A DNA stretch of 59,673 nt, counting the filler, from Sphacelaria rigidula (taxonomy: Eukaryota): the NCBI GenBank assembly GCA_964200075.2. It is 2 parts of 2 records of this genome, joined end to end, with 100 filler letters (N's around TTAATTAATTAA, not from the genome) between each part and the next. Parts side by side here need not be neighbours in the genome. Positions count along the whole stretch, not along the records: positions 29,927 to 59,673 come from CAXNAA020000074.1; 1 more part is not named here. One strand, 5' to 3'. Shown here in pieces: positions 51,040-59,673 of the stretch. Every line of letters begins with the position of its first letter. Within the stretch, counting starts at the first letter, position 1. Below the pieces are notes generated by a model, which ran no database searches, had not been told where the DNA came from, and saw only the letters and a program-made list of their open reading frames with translations. The translations under genes were made by a program, and so were the position numbers.

Positions 51040-51187
51040 GACGCTGAAACGAATACTGGACGCGTTTAGGGAGTTTCGCGTGGGCACTCACGTGTTTGCT
51101 GGCGTGGACGGCTATGGACATGGCGACATCGGCCGCGAAACCTTGGACAAAGTCTACGCTAGTCTCTTCGGAGCAGAAGCTGCTCTG
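51040..51187 (+). CDS. Exon 2 of the YnbB/aluminium-resistance family gene
   Basis: AAG| acceptor; TLKRILDAFREFRVGTHVFAGVDGYGHGDIGRETLDKVYASLFGAEAAL (family motif GYG..D.GR..L..VYA..FG.E.AL); |GTGAGT donor. Confidence 0.92.
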
Positions 51188-51598
51188 GTGAGTTCTCTTG
51201 GAGAAGAGCAAAAAACAGGTCCCCACACCACATCGGATTCCCCTATTTGGGTAGGTGCCAGCACCAACTTCATGTCCATGGACGCAGGGGACGCCCGCCC
51301 ACGTCGATAGTCGAGGCCAGTACAGGAGTGGATGTCTTCAGCACATGCTCACAACCTGGACAATATAGTATATAGTCAACAAGTGTACGGCGTATGTAGT
51401 CCATTGTCTGTTGCAGTAGACGCAATAGTTGATGCTGCGCTGCACGCATCATAACACGTCTTGACATGGTGATCTATCGTCATTGTCGAGGTTGTGAAGT
51501 GCTTGCCTTTTGTAGCACGGAAGTGGTCGAGACAGCATAGCATCGCACGCACGCTCACCCGCACCCCCCCCCCCCCTGCTCGAGGCAACACTGAGCAG

Positions 51599-51742
51599 GT
51601 TCGCGTCCAGTGCTTCAGCGGCACGCATGCGATCGCGTGCGCCTTGTTCGGCGTCCTTCGCCCCGGGGACACCATGCTGGCGTGCAGCGGTCCGCCGTAC
51701 GACACTCTGGACGAGGTCATCGGAACACGCGTGCCCTTGACG
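51599..51742 (+). CDS. Exon 3 of the YnbB/aluminium-resistance family gene
   Basis: CAG| acceptor; VRVQCFSGTHAIACALFGVLRPGDTMLACSGPPYDTLDEVIGTRVPLT (SGTHAI, LRPGD, PYDTL motifs); |GTAAGT donor; 144 bp, phase 0/0. Confidence 0.94.
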
Positions 51743-52707
51743 GTAAGTTCTTCGGCGTTCTTTCAAGATATTACTTGGGGCAAGAAACCGATAAAAGACG
51801 GTCGGGGGAAGTCTGAAAGTTGGAAAGTGTCGCAGCGTGTCAAGCACGGGGCGAAACGAGCAGCGTTCCTTCAACCTCTGAATCGCCTGAGTGAAATACT
51901 TCATGTCCTTCCTCTGTACTTGTAGCTGTTTTTTTTTTTTTTCTATTTTTTTATCTAGCTGGGCATTCAAATCGAGGTCTGGTACGAATTCCAGCCAGTG
52001 TGCGAGATTTGGCAGCACCACTTCAGCAAAGGTAATAATTGAAGAACCCGAGATGTCTACATCATATTACTTGAGTACATGCATACGATCCAGGATCTCG
52101 GGATAGTACGAGTACATTGATCCTTGAAACTGCTATGTTTGTCTCCAACAGTGAAGATCGCCTTTGGCCTCTGTTCTCTCGGAAGGTACTCACAATCAAA
52201 ATCAAGTGCAGCTGCATGTGTTGTGTTTCAACCACGGTTATCGTAATAGTGTATATGCCGAAAGAAACAATGAAAACGGACCAACTGACCCAATATCAGC
52301 ATTGTAGAAGAAGTAGATCTGTCCGTATCCGGCGTTACACCAAAACGGGCAGCGCGAAGGGGTTTCTGGGCATTCATCATGCCTTCGACAGCCGGCGTAG
52401 GCAGTCTATCGAGGCGGCATCATATTTACTTAAGAAATGGTCACAAAAACGCAGATGAGCCACCATGGCAGTCGCGCGGTTAGGTCACACTTGAAAAGTA
52501 ATGCAGTGTTTGCTTGCTTCATCCTGACCGGTTCAAAGGTATCAATCTACTGGGAGAAGCATGGCGTGAAGGCATGGATGCGCCCCGCCGCTCTTCAGCT
52601 GGCCGCGATATGCTTTGTTGGACCGGAACCCTAGTCCAGTGTCAGAGGAGTACGAGCGATTTGCTGTAAATTTGGAGAATTGCTTGGGGGGGGGGAAGGC
52701 GTACTCG

Positions 52708-52960
52708 ACTAATGCTACGATAGCCCCCCCCCAAAAAAGAAAAGAAAAAAGAGAAAAACGTGAATCGAAACGAAAAAAGGCGAGCACAAGAAGCAGCTGG
52801 GAACTCCCACGCTCGGGACCATTTTTGCATCATTTTTGCCAATGTCGCCCACATGAGGCGCTTCATGCAGCCGAAACCAAACAACATGCGCTGTGTGACC
52901 ATTTTCTTGGTGACAGCTTTGGGCAGATTTTTGGGGGGGGCGGGTTATCGTAGCATTAGT
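52708..52960. mobile_element. MITE (family of 6257-6517) inserted in the 3' end of a LINE copy
   Basis: ACTAATGCTACGATAGCCCCCCC / GGGGCGGGTTATCGTAGCATTAGT inverted ends. It splits the LINE terminus GGGG...GCGTACTC|..TTGTTGCTTGCC. Another partial end lies at ~59592-59645. Confidence 0.75.
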
Positions 52961-53254
52961 TTGTTGCTTGCCTTTGTCGTTTGATCATTGACCAGGCATC
53001 CCTCGCGAGACGGAGCATCGTTCCTACCCCCCATAGAGACACTTCCAATATTTGGGCGCTCATTTCGTTTTTTCCATACATTGCACAGAGACCATATACA
53101 TATCCCATCTCCTTCCTGATTCGCCGCAATTCTTTGGTGGTGGTGGTGGTGGTGGTGGTGGTGGGAGGGGGGGGGGGGGGGGGGACTCCTTTTTTGTTTT
53201 TCCTTGTCGTTTGGCCTTTGACCCCGCCTTCCTTCCCCGGCGCAGCACCGTTCC
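52961..53254 (-). mobile_element. Two short 3' fragments of the poly(C)-tailed LINE
   Basis: 52961-53145 encodes ...QEGDGICIWSLCNVWKKRNERPNIGSVSMGGRNDAPSREGCLVNDQTTKASN, paralogous to 53342-53608. A further fragment at 53185-53254 follows a G run, and another lies at ~50850-50910. Confidence 0.75.
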
Positions 53255-53266
53255 NNNNNNNNNNGT

Positions 53267-53328
<62 letters not shown>

Positions 53329-53336
53329 GGGGGGGG

Positions 53337-54288
53337 CGTACTCATTTGTTGCTTGCCCTAGTCGTTTGGCCATTGACCACGCGTTCCTTCCGAGACGCAG
53401 CACCGTTCCTACTCCTTATAGATACACCTCCAACGTTCAGCTGCTCATTACGTTTCTTCCATATATTGCACAAAAATCTTTTACATGTCTTATCCCCGTC
53501 TTGCTTCGCCGTCTGTGGCCACCATCTATCTCCTGGTGTAACCATCGTTTTCTCGCTACTGTCTAATGCATCAAACGATTTCATGCCGCCTTCGTTCACG
53601 TTCCACATTTCCCCCGTTTAGCACGTCCCGTTCCTCCTTGTACTCGTACAGTTCACATTCTGCAACTATATGACTTCTGCTCTCTATTGCTTTGCCACAG
53701 TGGCAATTCTGTCCATCTACCTCTTCCTCCACGCAGTTACTGGTATATATCCTCTCTGGAAGATCCAGGTCCCCAACCCGAAATCGCAGTTTCAAATTTT
53801 CGCCGCGTCCATGGGGCCATGCAGATATACTTTCATCCCGATCTCCTCTCCCAACCCCCCGTATATCTTAAGGTGTTCTTCCTCGTCTACTTTGCGTCTG
53901 AGGGCTCCTTCTATCCTTACTTCAATCATATCTCTTACTTTTGCCTTGTACCCTGCGTCTTCTTCTATGGACAGCATTTCGTCTTGGTTTCCTCCCGTCT
54001 CTTTCTATACTTTCTCGACTTCTTTATCCCACCTTATTCCAGCATGCCTTTTCGTAATTTTCTTCCATACAGGTCTATCAACTACAGCTGGCAGTCCCTC
54101 TCTCTTTATGGTCTTTACGCTATGTTGCCACCTCAATTTCCTCATGCCTCTGTTTCAAGTGAGTACGGCCCCAACTCTTCTCTCTAAACTGTATAACTCG
54201 CCGTTTTCGAGCATCCAAGTATGTTTTCTTAGCTCTTGCCACCTTCACTGCTTCAACTTTTTCGCGAAGGCAACGTTCCCCTCCCCCC
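53337..54288 (-). mobile_element. 5'-truncated LINE (ORF2 C-terminal region), decayed, ending in a poly(C) tail
   Basis: Frameshifted pieces HLKIYGGLGEEIGMKVYLHGPMDAAK / LKLRFRVGDLDLPER...CHCGKAIESRSHIVAECELY (CCHC-like finger) / GDRWWPQTAKQDGD...WKKRNE...ASNK*. The stop is followed within a few bases by poly-C (poly-G on +). Confidence 0.85.
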
Positions 54289-56680
54289 TGAGGGGGGGGG
54301 GGCACTGACCGTTTGTTGTTACTTTTGTTCGAAATGAAGACAAATGCCTTCTTTCTCCACTTTGTTGGAACTAGAAATACTCGTACGAAGCACGGCGCAC
54401 TGATATGCCCAAGGCCTCCGCCATAGGGTATAGCACATCCCGATGGTGGCTCCGAAACTTTCAAACTCAGCAGAGCAAGCGCACTGCGGTGCTATATTTC
54501 ACAGCGCAGAGTACGGCTTGTTCCGATTTGTCACCATTTTGTAGTCTCGTGTCGGCGGGTCGGGGCGGCTTGTTAGACCCTAGAAGATGCACGTTCTTAT
54601 CCTAAGATTGATATTTTGCGATCCTCCTTTCCTCACAGATACAAAGGAAAACCGATGCACGTACAATTTCGGTCACCGTCTGCAACTTCCCATAACTTTC
54701 TGGAGTGTGGATATATTCAAAATACCCATTCTTCGTGACAGCATGCCATTTGTATCTTCTGAAGAACCGAAGACGGGCTGTACACGTGTCGATGGGTAAT
54801 GAAAGCAAAAAGTGCGTCATGGCAAATGTCTCCATGGAGCCCGTTTTGGGATCAAAAACGGCCATTCGCATACGCCGTATTGCCGCAGACGCATACGAGG
54901 ACGACGCGCATGTAACCCCCTCAAGCGGAACAAAGGAGTTTAGATTCGACCCGCGCGGGCGCCGACTGCTGTTTGCATGTCAATGAAACCCCAGGGAATG
55001 TTCTCTACTGGAATGCTTCATATATCACCGCGTGCCGCGTCCTGTCCCTCGCGGTCCCTCAATAGACACGATACCCCCTCCTTCGCTCCTACGGGAACCG
55101 TCGACCGTCTTCAAATTCTTTCTCGCCGTTTCCGATCACGCACCCATGTGCTGATGGATGAACACCCTGCTGTCTATGTGTTTATGGCGAAGAATTGTAT
55201 ACCACGGGGTATGGTTCCTTGTCATGTCGGCTCCTCTGTACTGTAGCCCAGCTAGGGTGTCATGCGGTACTGACTGCACTGGCTGCCCTCTATTTCCAAG
55301 TTTGAAAACAATTATTCGTCTGTTTCACGTCGAGGTGCCGACGAAGCTCAGTGGTGAGTGTTCTGTAACTATCAATGCAGACATCCTACTTTCTGTACTA
55401 TGCGGTACTGCTGTACTAGGGTATCGTATTTGTACTCGGGATTTCAATTTTTCAAGTACGAAAATAATGGTCTGTGGGTAGTACCCCATGCCGTGATGCA
55501 TGACGATGAATCATTATGGTCTGCGACGTTCTGAAATTCGACTGCACTCTGCACACGGGTCGTTGGTGCACTGATTGCGCGGCGTCTCGCTAGCCGGCCT
55601 GTGTTGTGCATGCCCCATGACTACCGCTTCCGTGCGAGTGTTCAAAATCCTGTGCGTTTGCTGTTCACGACTGCACGACCAGTTCTATGAAAAGCGTCCT
55701 GCATCACCCTGTCCCGGCCCAGCAATTCTATGCTTCAACAGTTACACCTGTTTGCACCCTCATGACGCGATCTGCGCCGTGGAAACATATGCGCACCCGT
55801 TCAATACTCGTGAAATCGTGAGACGGGCCTGTCCACGACGAGAAAAGAAAAACGTCTGTAGCGCTACAGGTGACGATGGGCCCTTGACCCCAGAACGGGC
55901 CTTCGCGTACGCCCTGATAACCACCATACTGACAAGTTTCATGTTGTGAAATAGTTCAACAGCTCAGGCTCTTCTTGTTCCGGGGACGTTCCCCATGGGC
56001 GTCAAATGGCACATGTAAGCTCACCGCACACCTCCACATGTTATGGTGTAGCTTTAGCTGCGGTGATCTCACACGCAGGGCCTTTTTTGGCAATGAGCAC
56101 AAGACAGGAAAATTGGAGCTTCAGGCCAACGTTCAAGTATGCCCAAAAACGTTTTTTTTTTTTTCTGTGTCCTGGGAAGCGGACCTGAAAAACCCACAGT
56201 GCAGTGCAGTACCGTGATCCAAGTTGGGTTGCAGCACTCGGACACGGTCTACTTTGCCACAGGAAACCAAACGCGGGAGTGGCTATCTGCCGCATTCTCT
56301 AGCACCTGTGTGGTGCTGTTGGGGTGCAAGCGTAATTGTCAACGGCTCAGCGTGACGAAACACATGGATGATAATGAGACTCGTGTACATCCATGTACAT
56401 ACCGAATATGTGTGGATATGAAAAAAGCTGTACTAGCTGGTATTACCTTGTTCATCACCCCTTCCCAGGAAGTCCAACTCTCGTGCCACACGGCGAGAAC
56501 ATTCCGATTTCGCTCACGCTTGGTGAGAGCCTGCTGTCATTCCCAGCAAAAAATCTTCGACAGCGCTTCACCTGTGAAGATTCTCGGTTGTAATATAGCA
56601 TGCCCCGAACACGGCTATGAGATTGATCGACGTGACGCTGTATCAACCGACGGTAGCAAAGGCATTAGCTGTTCCCAAAT

Positions 56681-56712
<32 letters not shown>

Positions 56713-57148
56713 CCCCCCCCCCACCCTCCCCACCCAAAAAAACAACAACACCTACGCCAGNNNNNNNNNNAAAAAAATTTGAACCAGGCACCCTTCTTTC
56801 AACAACGAGAACCAAGGGTTTTAATTTTTCCCCCCCCCCCCCCCCCCCCCCCCCCTCCAGTTTATATCTCAGCCTCAGTGACTACCTAAGAAATTGGAAG
56901 AACTGTGTCTGGCGAGGGCGTGCCGTAACTAGGGAAGGTCGCCCAACAACAATCACCAGCGATTAGGTTCACAGATGTGAAACTGTGCGGTGCGGGAATC
57001 GCAGTATATTTCGCTCGTTGGTGTGGTGATGCAATACATTCGCACGTCTCGTTGATACTTTTTTTTTTTGCCGTTGTCAGTATGGCAGCAATTTCAGCCC
57101 CACCTATCTGCACCCTACTGTTGTTTCGTGCCCCGCCTTTTCATTCAG

Positions 57149-57229
57149 GATGAGTACGCCGATGCAAGCGAACCATTGCCGGAGGGCCTCATCGGCAATC
57201 TCAAAGAGTTCAACATCGCCTACACGGAG
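57149..57229 (+). CDS. Exon 4 of the YnbB/aluminium-resistance family gene
   Basis: Pyrimidine tract plus CAG| acceptor; DEYADASEPLPEGLIGNLKEFNIAYTE (family motif G.LKE.GI.Y); |GTGAGT donor; 81 bp, phase 0/0. Confidence 0.88.
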
Positions 57230-59031
57230 GTGAGTCGCGCATGCACACGTCCACACATGGGTTCTTTTCAGTTAGCGTCTTCACCAGCGGTGTAAACTGC
57301 CGTAGGTTCCTGATTTATGAAACGCTCGTGTAGTACGAGGCCCGAGGTGAATGTTCTATGCCGAACCTGTGACGGCATACCCAGCGTCAACACTGGGACT
57401 TGTGTCGTCACACCTTCAATCCCTCCCTTTCCTCGGGACGAGTCCGTGGTCCCAAGATATTAATCCATGTCTCCCCCGGTACATATCTTGCGTTTTGGTA
57501 TGGCGGCTTGGATCATGACCAGCATTCCCGCACCGCGTCGAATCTCGTCAAACAAAGTCGGTTTCCTACTCACTTCTCCACGCTTTCAGCGACGGAAATA
57601 AAAATACTTTGAAGAAAAAACCCAAAGTCGTCTGACGGGCGTCGAACCCGCCTTCTTTCCACCCTAATAGTCTCTGTTGAATAATGACTTTTGGATCACC
57701 GGGGCATGACGGCATCACTTTGTCATTATTACGGTTATGTCTAAAACCCGAGTCGTGCAGCACGGCCAATGGAATGGCACGAATATCATATGCCCGTGAT
57801 CACAATAGTTCCGTTCTGCATACATTGTGGTGATGAGTTCCACCGCCGGCTCTTTTGCTTCCATCCCTTGGTGTGCATAGCTTCAAGACACCCATCTCGG
57901 AGATAATGAATTTCCATTGATGAATTAATTGAATGTTGGATATGAACTACAGTAGTCCACCATAAATCCTGCCATGGTTTTGAGGTGGAGGCGTTCCCGA
58001 GGTGGAAAACAGAAACACTCCCTGAAGAAAAAAAATGGAGAGAGGGAGAGTGCGAGAGGGCAAAGATAGCAAACGATGAAGATATTATCGAACACAGCAG
58101 AACTAAAAACTAGAGAAAACCGAGAAAGGAAAGACGAGGAAGGGAAGCAGAGGGCATGGAAAATGACGACTTGAGGCTAAGATCTACTTCTGGTCTCGAG
58201 AACGGGATAATAAAAATAAACAGACAGTTCTTCTTTGGTTGAGGGAACCAGTCAAGAAAAAAACAAAACAAAGACCGCCGTGGAAGCAGGTCGCAACTCA
58301 ACCATGAGTATGGGGACCGCACTATATGGACACGAACTCTAACCCACGAGCTCTGCAGGAGCCATATGTGTGTGCGCGTGTGTATGCTCCTCGCCAGCAA
58401 CCTCGCTGCTGCGCCCGGAGGCCAACAGGTACATCAACGGCCAGCATGGACTATTTTTTGTTCCTGGTACTTTGGTAATGTCGTTTTCCATTGGTCCCGT
58501 CACCCAGAAGCGTGGGAGCGCGGAGTACGCAACACTAATGCCATGGAAGCCGATAGACTGCAGGAGCGCTGATGCCTATATGCTCCATAATAGGTTGTGA
58601 GGCAGGCAGGAGTCGGGAGAGAGATCGTATGGTCCTTGGAGGCTGCTGATCCTCCGAAGGCAGAGACGGGGATTGGGAGCGTGGAATTACTACGGAAGAC
58701 GAGTGCTTTCATGCGAAGAGTCAACAGTACTTGGGTGAACCATAACCTCTGAAAGTCGCGTACACAATCAACTGCAGGTTAGCTTGCGCTTGTTATTTTG
58801 TCGGACGTGAACTGAACGCTGCTACCATCGCATTGTCAGTCTGCGACGGCACTCCGGTAGGAACCAACTTCGCCCGCGCCGTCTGCAACCATGCAGCAGC
58901 CCCATGCTACGTACAGGGCACCCCCGCACGGTTTTCGTTCCCTCTCACTGAAAAAGTGCCCCCAAGGGAAGTTGATTTATCGCGCATCTCGTGATGCAAC
59001 TAACTGTATCGAACTGCATTCAATGCCCCAG

Positions 59032-59174
59032 GTGCCGCTACAGCACGAGGGATTGTTCAACTTGGCTGCTATCGATGAGGCCATCGGAGCAGACCCTGCC
59101 GTGCGTTTGCTACACATTCAACGCTCCTGTGGTTACCGCTGGCGACCCTCCATCCCCATCCAGGAGATAAAGAG
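59032..59174 (+). CDS. Exon 5 of the YnbB/aluminium-resistance family gene (gene continues beyond the window)
   Basis: CAG| acceptor; VPLQHEGLFNLAAIDEAIGADPAVRLLHIQRSCGYRWRPSIPIQEIK(R) (IQRS.GY.WRPS motif); AG|GTGTGT donor. Confidence 0.9.
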
Positions 59175-59673
59175 GTGTGTTTCATTGACTTTGCGAGTGG
59201 TTGGGCAGCTGAAAATAGCACCCCGTCGGTATGTGCTCAAGGATAGAACTGCGTTGCTCATGCGGCGAAAAATTGTGCTGTTGAAAAATATTGGGACGCA
59301 TTTCGAACAGAACGGGATGGATTGGGCGTGTCGAGTCTCGAGGTTGAACAACGTATCGCCGATTGTGTTATGCTCCATCGCCCGCGTCAGGTGGACGTCA
59401 TCCATGCCACGAAAATCAACTCTGTGCAACTGACCCGTCCAGTTCTTCATGCCTTCATGTTTTTGTTCCTGGCCGACTTTGGTCATTGTTGAGTGGTTTT
59501 CTCGTCCAGTTCACCACGAGTGGATGCTTTTGGCACATGTTGTGCCTGAGGTTAGCACTGCTTGCTCCTGTGATGACGGACATGACACTTTCTACGATAG
59601 CCCCCCCAAAATAACAGTCCAAAACTGTCACGAAGAGATTGGCCATTCAGCGCCTAATGTTTGGTTTCAGGCT

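Noticed and set aside
52945-53621. Poly-Pro/poly-Gly ORFs (also 7994-8360 and 56139-56966)
   Set aside because: These are translations of G/C homopolymers spanning N gaps, not genes.
53670-54308. 212-aa hydrophobic plus-strand ORF resembling a membrane protein
   Set aside because: It is the antisense shadow of the purine-rich LINE ORF2 remnant.
57925-58740. Possible minus-strand LINE 3' end
   Set aside because: The composition is suggestive, but no confident protein motif, clear tail or second copy exists in the window.

Overview
Eukaryotic nuclear DNA, very repeat-rich with long GT-AG introns. The gene structure, a bipartite plastid-targeting leader and the repeat families suggest a brown alga (Phaeophyceae) or related stramenopile; this is inference. 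Three host genes are visible. (1) A first exon of a large (class-I) thioredoxin reductase on the minus strand (5440-5712), with several atypical substitutions. (2) A first exon of a secreted pepsin-family aspartic protease (23725-24269), with no later exons found. (3) Five frame-consistent exons (38829-59174, continuing beyond the window) of a probably plastid-targeted PLP-dependent YnbB/'aluminium resistance' (Met-gamma-lyase-like) protein with an 11.8-kb first intron. Most remaining recognisable sequence is transposon-derived: three hAT elements with 8-bp TSDs, a decayed Ngaro/DIRS-type tyrosine-recombinase retrotransposon with split direct repeats, a poly(C)-tailed LINE cluster, and piggyBac-, Tc1/mariner- and CMC-like MITEs. 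A 100-bp N/TTAATTAATTAA/N linker (29827-29926) marks an artificial contig join. The most interesting observations are a hAT element whose transposase is replaced by a ~0.9-kb intronless foreign-looking frame fused in frame to the hAT dimerisation domain (25938-27804), and a three-layer 'matryoshka' palindrome of nested transposon ends (30660-31159). All family assignments come from motif recognition by eye, not database searches.
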